Assembly (NCBI RefSeq): GCF_018350175.1
Contig: NC_058368.1
Span: 23,314,001-23,378,000 of the forward strand
Direction of reading: 5' to 3'
Source: Felis catus
Taxonomy: Eukaryota
DNA length: 64,000 nucleotides
Made by a program: the position numbers and the translations under genes. Positions 49,393 through 60,807 of the stretch are shown in pieces. The first letter of the stretch is position 1. Every line of letters begins with the position of its first letter. The notes below the pieces were generated by a model. The model ran no database searches, was not told where the DNA came from, and saw only the letters and a list, made by a program, of their open reading frames with translations.

Positions 49393-49785
49393 TTTTTAAA
49401 AATCAAAATGTATTTGTTTTTTCAGGAATAGAATTTAGTAAGTGATTCATCACTTACATACAACACCCAGTGCTCATCTTAACAAGTGCCCTCCTTAATG
49501 CCCATCACCCTTTCAGCTTTCCCCCCTACCTAACACCCCACCAGCAACCCTCCGTTTGTTCTCTGTATTTAGGAGTTGCTCATGGTTAGTCTCCCTCTCT
49601 GTTTTTATATTATTTTTGCTTCCATTCCCTTATGTTCATCTGTTTTGTATCTTAAATTCCACTAATAAGCAAAATCATATATTTTTCGTTCTCTACTTTG
49701 CTTAGTGTGATACACTCTAGTTCCATCCATGTTGTTGCAAATGGCAAGATTTCATTCTTTTCATCACCGAGTAATATTCCACTGA

Positions 49786-49818
<33 letters not shown>

Positions 49819-49878
49819 CGTATATATATATATATGTATATATATATGTGTGTGTATATATATGTGTGTGTGTATATA

Positions 49879-49937
<59 letters not shown>

Positions 49938-50204
49938 TACATCTTATTTATCCATTTATCTGTCGATGGACATTTTGGGCTCTTTCCATACTTTGGCTAT
50001 TGTCAATAGTGCTACTATAAACATTGGGGTGCATGTACCTCTTTGAATCAGCATTTTTGTATGCTTTGGATAAATACCTAGTAGTGCAATTGCTGGGTTG
50101 TAGGGTAGTTCTATTTTTAATTTTTTGAGGAACCTCCATACTGTTTTCCAGAGTGGCCTCCATACTGTTTTCCAGCCGTGCAAAAAGGGTTCTTCTTTCT
50201 CTGC
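49393..50204 (-). mobile_element. 5'-truncated carnivore L1 (about 0.8 kb)
   Basis: ORF 49956..50183(-) [30 protein letters not shown]...CTPMFIVALLTIAKVWKEP is the L1 ORF2p C-terminus. TSD AGGGAGGAGGTTACCTT (49376-49392) / AGGGACAAGGTTAACTT (50205-50221). Confidence 0.97.
49786..49937. repeat. Compound (TA)n/(TG)n microsatellite inside the L1
   Basis: About 150 bp of alternating TA/TG dinucleotides. Confidence 0.97.
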
Positions 50205-50654
50205 AGGGACAAGGTTAACTTATTGTTAGAAAAACTGAGCAGGGACGGTCTCTGGTGGTTGACAGTAAAAGAAACTCTTTTTCCTGACTCACTAGAGACA
50301 GGGGAGTCCTCACTAAAAAAACTTCTGAGAGCTTTCAAGAAGGAAAACTCACCAGCCAAGGGCTGAGCACAAGATGAAAGAGGTTGATGTAAAAATCCTG
50401 GTTGATGTCCCTTCCTGATGTTCTGATCTTTCAGAACTTCACAGTCTTAAAAAATTCGTTTGCCTACTGAGTTGGGGCTTGCAAAGAGAAAAGAATGCCC
50501 CTCATCCTTGGCTGAGAATTCCTCGAAGATAGAATCTTCCTGTCTACTTCCTTCTATGGGTGCTGTAAGCACCACACTTCCAAGCTGCCACTTGTTGGGC
50601 CAGCTCCTAAGCTTGGCACTTTCCGTGTATGTCATTTCAGCCCTTTTAAAGATT

Positions 50655-50770
50655 CCGAAGACAGATGAATAAGTTAAGGTTCAGAGAGGCTCAGTAATTT
50701 CCCCCATGGCCACACAGCTCTGGTACAGCTGGCATCTGAAGCCAGATCTGACTGACTTCCCAAATCCCCA
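50655..50770 (-). mobile_element. MIR fragment
   Basis: ACAGATGA...AGGTTCAGAGAGG..AGTAATTT...CACACAGC...TCTGACT. Confidence 0.65.
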
Positions 50771-51829
50771 TTTCCTTCCATCTTGCCAGTCGTGTCGCTG
50801 TTCATTTAAAAATCATTTTCAATTTTGCTCTTTCTCTTGGAAAACACCAGGACTGACTGATGAGAAAGGACAGAAAGGCTCTCAGGAACAGATGCTAATG
50901 ATAGATGGAGGTTCAGGGTGGGGAGGTGTGGTGAGGAAAGGGCTTTGGGACAGTAGGAGATGGGAGGCAGACTGGGGAATGGAGATGAAGACCTCAGCTG
51001 CTTCCAAAGCCTACAGGTCGACACTGGCTAACAGGGCATAGGCTCCTTGGAGAAGGGTCATCACAGGACCCAGAAAGTGGTCTCAGGATGATGGTGGTTG
51101 GGAGGGGGAGACATCAGTTGGTCTCCTTGGGAATCCTAGAAGTTGACAGTAACTCCTTGTCGAATAGGGCACTATTCTAATCTATGACCAGTCTGTACTC
51201 AACCTGTACACAATCAGAACTGTATCGCAGGGATGTTAGATGGCTTCGTTCCAAAATGTCATGTCAAAGCAAATATCCTTAAGACTCACTAGATCACATT
51301 TTCCATATGGAAGACAGGAGAATAATAAAAAGTACAGGGGAACAGAAACCATATCAATCAACAGGTGATACTCCTCAGGGAACCTCTTGGGAAACCGGAT
51401 GACAGGAGCTGCTGGTAAAGGCACAGATGTGTCCTTTAAGGGGTCACACCCAGGACTGGGCCTGCACCTTTCCAGGGGACTAGATGGTCCTGATCTGCAG
51501 GGAGCCTAATGTGGGCCAGAGCACCTGGAGCATTCTCAAAAAGGGGAAGGTCTGTGCAGTGGTTTCCCTGGAGGGTGGGGACAGCAGCTCTTATTTGCTT
51601 AGAGAAATTCTTTCATGCTGGGAGTGGGAAGAACTAGTTTAGCTTATCAGCCTTGGTCTCTCAGCTGCCCAGAACCCCCATATTCCCCCAGTTCCCAGTC
51701 CACAAATTAGGCCAAAAATTGGAGTGCTAAGGAGGACTATAATAATGAATAATGATGATGATGGCAATAATAGCAACAATATCACCAACGATATTAATAA
51801 TAGTGGTTGTAAGAACATTCACCACTACT

Positions 51830-52025
51830 ATCATTTACTGAGTACTTACTACTTCCCATATATTGTGCCTACTTGTTTATATGTAATCCCACTGAAAGTT
51901 CACAACAACCATGTGAGGTCTTTTATAGATGTAAAAACTGAGGCATAACAAAGTGAAGTAATTAAGGTAAAATTCTGAAGCTAGAATCTGAATGCTGGTC
52001 TGTTGGACACAAAAGCCTACACTTG
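51830..52025 (-). mobile_element. MIR with an adjacent low-complexity AAT-rich tract
   Basis: CATTTACTGAGTACTTACTA...CACAACAACCATGTGAGG..TTTATAGATGTAAAAACTGAGGCA. Confidence 0.75.
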
Positions 52026-52040
52026 CAATCATGATGGTAC

Positions 52041-52582
52041 TGCAGTGGGTGATGTGAGTGGTTTGCTCTCTCCTTCTTTTCTAATGGGGCAAGATCTGAT
52101 TTGGTTCAGGTACCAGCCTTCTTCCATTTAGTCCTGTGAGTTAGGGGAATCAACTCCATCCCCAGGTGTGGGTGGGTCCTACTTAGTCCAATCCAATAAG
52201 CATGTAGCATTTCCCCTGTCACTGTTATGGATCTAGGAATGGGCATGGGATCTAACTAGGCCCAAACTTGGCCTTATATTCTGTGACTGGGGGGGGGAGA
52301 CTGTCTCTCTCTCTCTCTAGCAGGAAATAAAGAAGGTTCCCATTGCTGTGGGTAGCCATCTTGTAAGTATGAGAAAAGCTAACCTGGGGACATAGAAGAC
52401 ATCAGAGTCAAATGACTGAACGGATAGTAGGCACTGAGAACAAGAACTCTGATTATTTAGTGCCTGCAGTCCTATTAACTATCTATTGACTTCCTCTTAT
52501 GTTATCTGATAAACTTCCTTATTTATTTCAGCAGTTGAATCAGGGTTTTTGCAACTTGCAGTTCAGAATATCCTGATAGAGC
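52041..52582 (+). mobile_element. MLT1J/K/L-like MaLR LTR
   Basis: TAGGAATGGGCATG..., GTAGCCATCTTG, ATAAACTTCCTTATT...GTTGAATCAGGGTTTT..CAACTTGCAG...ATCCTGA. Confidence 0.75.
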
Positions 52583-54865
52583 TATGTCCTCGCTCAGTAA
52601 TGTGCAAAACGGAAGTGCCCAGTATCCTCAAGGGACATTTGCTATCTTAATTTTACAAAACATTTTCTTGTTTTCGTTAACCTTAAACATTTCTTAGCAT
52701 CTTAAAATGCTTTAAATATATACTTACATCCTCTAGAGGTCCTTAGAGCTACATTCTCTTTTTCTTCTTTTCACAAATATTTACGAACTTCTCTCACACC
52801 AACCCAGTAAAGGACCCTAATGATATTTCTTAGCCTGCCTTTTGTCTCCTTCTGGTTTCATCAATATTTTAATATGAAAGATCACAAAAATATCTTTTCA
52901 AAGAAAAGTTATGACAGGAATTGTGGGAGCCAAACACATGACCCATAGGAAAGCCTCTTTCTTGCAACACACAGTAATGCTTATGGCATGTGTCCAAGCA
53001 CCAGGAAGAGCTGAATGGAGGGAGGTCAGTGGGACCAATAATAGTCACAAAGACAGGCTTGGGTAGGACCAGGGAGGTGGGCGGGGAGGTGGGACCCAGA
53101 AAGGCCAGCAGCCAGGCCCAATTATTCCACTGCTCTTAAGAATAGAAATTGAATAGAGATCATTAGTGTCTACTCTTATGTTATGAAGCCACGCTGACAC
53201 TGAGAGCTTGAACCACAGACAAACAAGTTAGAAATAACTGTAATCCTGTCTATGTATGCATCCAAGTGCTGTGTGCTGTGAAAGCCTGAGGTTTAGAACA
53301 GCGGCCTGGGAGGGTGAGTGGCTGGCTTTTTAGGGAAGATGCAGAGTATGTAAGCAATGAAATTGGCATGAATTATTAGGGAAGCTAGGTTGTCACCAGA
53401 TTCTATAAGCTCTTCACAGTCTGAGCAAATGGCTGGGGATGCAGCATTATTCTGCTTGTCATCAGAGATGCCAAGGGAACAGCAGTTTTAGAGATGCTTG
53501 ATGATATTCAGATCATAGAACTGTATTGTCACTATTTCTATACGGTTGGCTTTACACATGGTTAGATCAGCACTCCTTTGGAGTTTAATTTTAGCACATC
53601 TAATTTCTTACCAGTATAAGAAGGAGAGGCCTGAGTGGGCATGATTGTGTTAATTATATTTCTTCCCTGGAATACAGGCAACACTGTAGGTTGTTGCCTT
53701 TTATCTCTGCATTAGCCTTTTCAGATTCTTCTTTATAGAAAACCAGAACTGCACGGCTCCCTGTTTATTAGAGAGGACAGTGGAGGCTGGCCAAGTAATT
53801 ATGGCAGGTCAGTGCTTTAAGAAGGGTTAAAATAAAAAGTAAGAAGAGGTGGAAATGGAAGAAGGAATCGGAGTTTTATGCCTTAAACTTGCTACTTAAT
53901 TTCTTCTTGTATGATGATTGCATTAACTCCTTATTTCCTCTAAAAGCAATGTTATAAATTAGAACTCTATTCCTGGAAACCCAGTTAATTATATGTAAAT
54001 ATTCAAAATATTGATCACAAAAATAAAGGAAACATGTGCAACAGGGATAATATTTTGGAAATCATAATTGGAAGCATTTAAATATTTCTTTTAAACAAAG
54101 TTCCCCATGTAGCCATGAGTACAACCAAGAGGTTTTGGAAATAGATGTGCACAGGAGAGAAATTCCCAGATTCATCTAGCAGATCAAGAATCAAGCATGG
54201 AGAATGCAGACCCAGGGTTACCCTTCTGCCTCTGAAGGCCCAGTCCTGCTTTCCAATGGTAAAGGAAGGATACGAAGCAGAAAAAAGTAAAAGACAAAAC
54301 CCTACCCTTGTTGATTGCAGAGAGCAACAAGGAAGATGTTGGAAGGACCAGTTCTCTGTAATCTGTGCAACAAGGAACAGACCTAGGATATTTGTTTTTA
54401 CCAAATGTCAGTGCAAATGCTCTCTAACAAACAGTGTGTGATGCTGTGAGATCAGAATGACTGATGAGTGGGGAAGGTTGGTGAAAGCTGCCTTGTTTGC
54501 AAGTTATCCTGGAAAGAGTTAGGATTATTATTTCCACATTTCACTTTTAATATTTTTTCTGATTATAAGAAACACATGCCCAGCGTAAAAAGAAGGAACT
54601 TCTTTTTGCTCATCATCCAGAGCAATCACTGTTCTTAAGTGTGTTTTCCTCCTATAATTTCTTTAAAGGAAATCCCAAGAAGCCTCAGGAGTTTCTGGGA
54701 ATGTCTATGAATTTAAGAAGAAGAACTTTAAGGAGACGAAATAGGAGATAAGAGAGTAAGTAATGCATGGGATACTCAGAGCTGAATCTCAGAATCTCAG
54801 AAACACTGCTTGGAATAAATCTGAAGGAGTGGTTTGGTATATTTTATCATCTTAATTTATATTAT

Positions 54866-55080
54866 TTATTATTATTATTATTTAATGTTTATTTTTGACA
54901 GAGAGAGACAGAGCATGAGCAGGGGAGAGGTAGAGAGAGAGGGAGACACAGAATCCGAAGCAGGCTCCAGGCTCTGAGCTGTCAGCATGGAGCCCGATGC
55001 AGGGCTCGAACTCAGAGACCCTGAGATCATATCCTGAGCCAAAGTTGGCTGCTCAACCGACTGAGCCACCCAGGTGCCCC
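54866..55080 (-). mobile_element. SINEC_Fc
   Basis: Perfect 18-bp TSD CATCTTAATTTATATTAT (54848-54865, 55084-55101). Confidence 0.97.
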
Positions 55081-56709
55081 TTACATCTTAATTTATATTA
55101 TAATGAGAAGTAGAATGCAAATATCTTCTGGGTCCTCATCTTCTCCTACTGTTTTAAGACTGCTATCAGAAATGACCCATTGTAGAGAGAATTAATGAAT
55201 GGGAACTAATCCACCAGAGCCAGGGACAAGGAAATATGACAGTAATTATATGAACACTTTTGGTCATGACTATAGTTAAGGTACCTGTTGCAAGCACTCA
55301 GTAGATTACTTTTTACTTAAGGTGTCTGATGGTCCTCGTCTAAAATGAATTTAAATTGTTACTGCTCCATTACATTTTTCCATATTTCAGTGACCTGGAC
55401 ATCCTGTAGACAGTTGCAGGTTTGGAGAAATTAAATTGCAGTTCAACAAACGTTGACTTTAGTAAGCTTTTAAGTTTTGTTTTGCATGAAATTGTTAATA
55501 ACAGACTAGAGAAATATGGTGGAAACTCATGGTTCCCAACCTTTACTGAGGGGTAGGCCTCTTCATGATATAAAACAATGTAATAGACCCCCCCCCCCAC
55601 ATAATAATGGCTTCCTGTACCTAGTCTATGCTTTATATGAATATGGATTAGTGTATTCTGTGAAATAATTACTTCACTTTGGTTCATAGGCTGGGCTTTA
55701 GTCACTCAATTATTAGAGAAGAATAAGCAACTTTCAAAGAACGGCTCTTCGTGTGGTATATCTCCTCCTACTCCTGGAAACTTCTTTGGTCTGGCTGTCT
55801 CAGGAATTTTGCTAGCCCTCTTGTTTTGTCAGTTAGTCTTACTTCAGTCACTCATGTCAGGCCCGAGCAGGAAACTGTATCTCTGTTGTACGGTTCCATG
55901 ATTCCTTCTTTTATTTTGTGGTAAATTGTCCCAATAGAATTGAGCCAAATGAGTGACATGGAAAAGAGCCTCTTGACTGGCTGTCTGCTGGTCCTATTTT
56001 TATTGTTCCTTACAGGGACAATTAGAAGTACACTGCAAATGTCTTCATAATCTAGTCAGTGGCTCACCTGGGCTGGCATTTAAGAGCAATTAATTCACCT
56101 TCCATGGGATGCTGAAGATTTCTCTACAAAGCTGAGAGAAGAACTAGAATTATGTTTTGAGTAGATATTACACTGTTGCCATTTCTTTTGATTTCTTTCA
56201 GGGTATAGATCCTGCAGCTTTTTGCCCTGTTTTAGCTGGGAATGCAATTGTTCTGGTTATTATTAGTTCAGAAAGGAGAGAGATGTTCTGTTGAGTCACT
56301 CCATTCAGTGCTGGCTGTGGAACGTTCATGGCACAGTTGGAAAAATAGTCTGTTGCTTTTATTGAAAGGATGATCTTCCGTTTGGCAGGAGCAAAACCTG
56401 TATCTAGCAGAGAAACACTTAAGTAGTCAGAAAGACAATCATTTTTTAGTTCTAAAAAATGTACCAATGAAAAGCTGGTTTTATGATGCAAATATAGTGC
56501 CAATGACTAAACTACTTTGAAGTGCGGAAGTCTGAGAGTGGTTTGGCATAGGCCTGGAGCCCCCCCCAGGATATTCTGAAGGGATGCTGAAATTCTTTAC
56601 TAGAGTTTTGAAGGTTGCCTTTCTCACATTGAACACTATCTTTGTCATGAGAGTTTAGCGGTATAGTACTTTAAAATTTAACCCCCTCTGAAAATAAGCC
56701 ACTGGGAGA

Positions 56710-56935
56710 GAAATCAGTATAATGTTTCTGACTCTGGGGTTGACTGCTGATTTAATCAGTTATTAGCTATGGATGTGAGCAAATGACTTCACTAACCCTC
56801 AGTTTCCCTATCTGTAAAGTGGAGTAGATAATAGAATCTACCTTAGAGAGTTGTAGTGGGAAGTCGATGAGGTATAACACAGTGCCTGGCATAGCGTGGA
56901 GGCTCAAGTAATGCTAGCTGTTGTTATTCGATTAT
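56710..56935 (+). mobile_element. MIR
   Basis: CCTCAGTTTCCCTATCTGTAAAGTGG...CACAGTGCCTGGCATAG..GCTCAA..TGCTAGCTGTTGTTATT. Confidence 0.8.
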
Positions 56936-57049
56936 TAAAATATCTAGCAGTGGCTGGTATTTTATACCACTCGTAAGTTCCACTTCTCTTTTGTCTGAAA
57001 ATTTGGCTCATTTTCGGCCAAATTTTTCTCTCCTACTTTTTTGTGCCAT

Positions 57050-57615
57050 ACTCTGCTAATGCCCCTTGGCCAGAGACCACCAAGAACATGCCTGCAGTTG
57101 AACCAGTCAGATTTGTGACTTCCAGAAGAAAAAGAAAACACTTACCGTGGGAAATCATGGGTCTCTCAGTAAGAGGGTGTCAGAAGGAAACTTTGAAGCA
57201 TTTGGGCTTCAGTTAGGTGACTTGGGGGAGGGTCTAAGGAAGCAGGAATTGCCTTCAGATTGGGTCCCGGTAGAAAATTGGGCAATACTATGATTGGGTA
57301 TTTCAATGAATCTCACTTACAGGAAGGGGAAACTGGAATGAGGATAAAGCTCTACATGGTAATGAACTAGCAGTCCCTCATTTTGGCTAAGAGCGGGGAG
57401 GTGGGTGGCACTTTGTGGGTGGCACAGTGACCTGTTTTTGTGCTTTGCCAAAATCATGAAGTGGCTCTGCTTTGTCCCATTTTATCATGGTCTCAGAGTG
57501 TCAGGCTGAGGCTGATATTCTGTGAGATTGTTTGTCCCCTGAGAGAGTCACATGGTCTAGTTGTGAGCCCCAGGCCATCTTCTCAATGTCAGGGCCTATT
57601 CCTCTTTCTTTCTCA
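57050..57615 (-). mobile_element. Ancient LTR (LTR78/LTR79-like)
   Basis: Minus strand starts TGAGAAAGAAAG. GTCTCTCAGTAAGAGGGTGT and ATGATTGGGTAT blocks resemble this group. Confidence 0.6.
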
Positions 57616-57639
57616 GCCATTATAACTAGAATTCTGAAG

Positions 57640-57850
57640 AATTCTTCCAATTATTTTTGAATCTACTCCTGGACATTGTTCTTTGCTCTGACAATGAGCA
57701 AAGAAGACAACCTATGTGTCCTAGAAGACCTTATATTCTAATCATGGGAGGCAGACAACCAAAGAAACGAAGAAACCAAATGTTTTCGGCTCTTGATAAG
57801 TGCTCTGAAGAAAGTAACAAGGGTTTTGACAGAGAATTATGGGGGGTCTG
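57640..57850 (-). mobile_element. L2 3' end
   Basis: CTTATATTCTA...GGGAGGCAGACAA...TGATAAGTGCTCTGAAGAAA. Confidence 0.7.
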
Positions 57851-58671
57851 CTATTCACAATGAGGACAAATGTTACAGAGATCCTGGTGGGGCTTTTCTG
57901 GACTGGCTAAGTGTGGAACTCAGATACTCTACATTATAGCCCGTGTTTAATTTCTTTAAATCAAATAATTTCCTTGAGATAGGCAGGTTTGCATACACAT
58001 GCATGCATACAATTTTCTACAAGTGATATCAGACTTACCAATAGATATGAAAGACAGGATTTTGTTCTCATGCTAAGAATATTTGGAATACTTAGGAGTC
58101 TCGAATCTGGTAGGGAAAAGTATAGGGTGATGGTGAGTGTTTGAAAATTTGCATTTGTAGATTGTGGGGTTTGTAATACACTGATTTATTCCACAATGAT
58201 GGCATGAGATGTTAGCCAATTCTGGAAGCCATATTGAAAAGGAACTATACTTTTTCAGTTACTTCATTTTATTTGTATGGCAATACATTTGCAAGTCCAC
58301 TGGTTTTTTTCTGCCTTATTGCAAATTAAATAACTTGGACCTAATTTTTCAATTTCTGCTTCTCCATTTTTCTTTGACTATTAATTAAATTGTGCCTTCT
58401 GATTGTGGCAACAGCAATAAGAGAAAATAAATACCACTCTTAAAATATGAGTACTTTTAAAATTATAGATTTAAATTAAAAATTAGCAATACTTCTTAAA
58501 CTTTTAATTGCATTAATTCTGTATTCTACTTAAACTTCAAAATAAAATGGTCAGAGTTATAAATTCAGTAATGTGATAATCTCCTTCACATCAGCCTCTA
58601 GCGTGGAAAATCCTTATCTTTTATTTAGCAAGACTTCATTTGTCTTACCACCTCAAACATTTACTCAATTA

Positions 58672-59010
58672 CAGCTTACCCTTGAACAATACGGGTTTTG
58701 AACTACGTGGGTCCACTTATATGCATTTTTTTTGATCAATACAGTGCAGTCCTGTAAGTGTATTTTCTCTTCCTTATGATTTTCTTAATAACATTTTCTT
58801 TTCTCTACCTTACTTTATTGCAAGAATACAGTATAAATAATACCTACAACATATAAAATATGTTAATCATCTGTTTGTGTTATCATTAAGTCTTCTGGTC
58901 AACAGTAGGCTATTAGCAGTGAAGTTTTAGGGGAGTCAGAAGTTATATACCAATTTTTGACTGTGTGGAGGCCAGTGCCCCTAACCCTCATGTTGTTCAA
59001 GGGTCAACTG
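58672..59010. mobile_element. Tigger2a-type (TcMar-Tigger) MITE, both ends intact
   Basis: TIRs CAGCTTACCCTTGAACAA / TTGTTCAAGGGTCAACTG. TA on the left flank, CA on the right. Confidence 0.92.
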
Positions 59011-60590
59011 CATTCAAATTTTCTATTGAATATTTCTTCATAGTGATAACTTGCTGGCCCTTCTTTGCTAATAATTTAGCTAATAGCACTTTGCTTCAGT
59101 ACCTTTGGTCAGGAAGATCAGCAACACAAAGATAAAGGTTGAAAAGTTCAATCCTTCCTTAGCAATGAGGGTTTCCTCTAAAAGCTGATGGGATATCTAG
59201 TTATTCATCTGGGGATAAATATCTCATTGGCATCTGAAGAAGTTGCTTTTTACCTTTCTATCTCTAAGTAACAACTTATGTGCCTTGTAAGGTATTTATT
59301 AAGCAAAGCACGTACCAGCCTTTGATAGTTATGAAAGTGGTTGAGTTTGGATTGTGGCTAATACAGAAGGGAGAGTGGGAGCCTTCTGCAGTCAGTAGAG
59401 GCAGGAACAAAATGGCACCGTGGAAACACCAAATTTTGCAAGTTGGAAAGGTATTATATTTGAAACTTAATTGACAAGCTCCTCTTGGCCAAATTTGCCT
59501 AAGAATAATAGCTGTATTTTTTTTTAATACAGTGTTATATTTTGGTTCATGACCATGCACTTAGCTTCTCTTGTCTTTTCTGTACCTTGTATTGATTTAA
59601 TGTTCTTGTTTTTACACAAATATTGCTGTTTGTGAGTTTTTTGCTTTTGTTTTAGATGTTACCTCTCCGGAACAAGTAAATTTCACTGCCCATTACAGTT
59701 ATTCTTTTACACTACCAGCTTTTACACTAAACTGACCTATCAGTTTATTAATAGAGGGGAACTGACATTTTCTAGATCTTTCACAACCTCTGGCTCAAAA
59801 TTGACTCTATGGGAGGCACTCAGTACTCTAAGACCTTATTTTGAGAGATGGCTCTCTTTTATTCCTGGACTTGGTGTCCCTTTAATGGAAAACTGCAGTA
59901 TGAGCCACAAATACCGTATCATATAGGACTACAGTTTTTTCTGGTACTCTGAGATATAAAAATGAAGTGAGAAAGACTGAGAAGTGATGATGGGGGTTGG
60001 AAAAGACTGCCAGCTGTAAAGCATACAAGACCAATAAAAAGATGTGTTTCCATTTCAGTATATTTGTAGGTACAATTCCATGACTGGATCCCTAGATTCC
60101 TGTGCTATTCTAGTGAATAGGCTGCTTCTTGGGCTGAGAGTATTTGGAAAAGTCAGGTTTCATTCTGTGGTTTGTTATGCCTAGCAAGTGGTAATTTGTG
60201 AGTGGGTTTTTTCTTTGCTCATTTTCTTTTCTATCCTTCCATGACTTATCTTTCCTTTGTTCCCTACATTAGTTGGCAAAGTCCCTGCTAAGCATGGGTC
60301 AGGTGTTGGGTGGAGGCCTGCTGATTGGTCCTTGGGTTGTGCACCATTCTGTGACCCGGACATCAGCTGTGCTCTCATCCTCTGGCTCCAGAAGCCACAA
60401 CCACCCTTCCTGTGTTCTACCTGTGAGTGCCTGTGTGCAGACCTAGCGCCTCTTTCTTGAAGAATCTACTTACCCAGAAACCTGGTAGACCAAGAAGGTT
60501 TCACGGAGGATTTTATAGTGGACACAGAGGAGTAGATTTACCTTATTCACATCATGCAATTTTTACATCTTCACTAGACAAGTCTATTTT

Positions 60591-60807
60591 TTTTTATTTT
60601 TTTTTTAACATTTTTATTTATTTTTGAGACAGAGACAGAGCATGAATGGGGGAGGGGCAGAGAGAGAAGGAGACACAGAATCGGAAGCAGGCTCCAGGCT
60701 CCGAGCCATCAGCCCAGAGCCCGACGCAGGGCTCGAACTCACGGACCGCGAGATCGTGACCTGAGCTGAAGTCGGATGCTCAACCGACTGAGCCACCCAG
60801 GCGCCCC
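60591..60807 (-). mobile_element. Young SINEC_Fc
   Basis: CpG-rich body. Perfect 16-bp TSD TAGACAAGTCTATTTT (60575-60590, 60808-60823). Confidence 0.98.

Noticed and set aside
49652..50046. Several YI/HT/CV-repeat ORFs
   Set aside because: They are translations of the (TA)/(TG) microsatellite inside an L1.
51724..51948. Asn/Asp-rich ORF
   Set aside because: It is a low-complexity AAT/GAT tract adjoining a MIR tail.
53500..53600. mir-218 precursor on the minus strand
   Set aside because: There is no complementary arm to form a hairpin, and the seed differs from miR-218.
5500..56300. Scattered TGA(G/C)TCA AP-1 sites as a regulatory pattern
   Set aside because: The number seen is near what chance gives in 64 kb, and several lie inside repeats.
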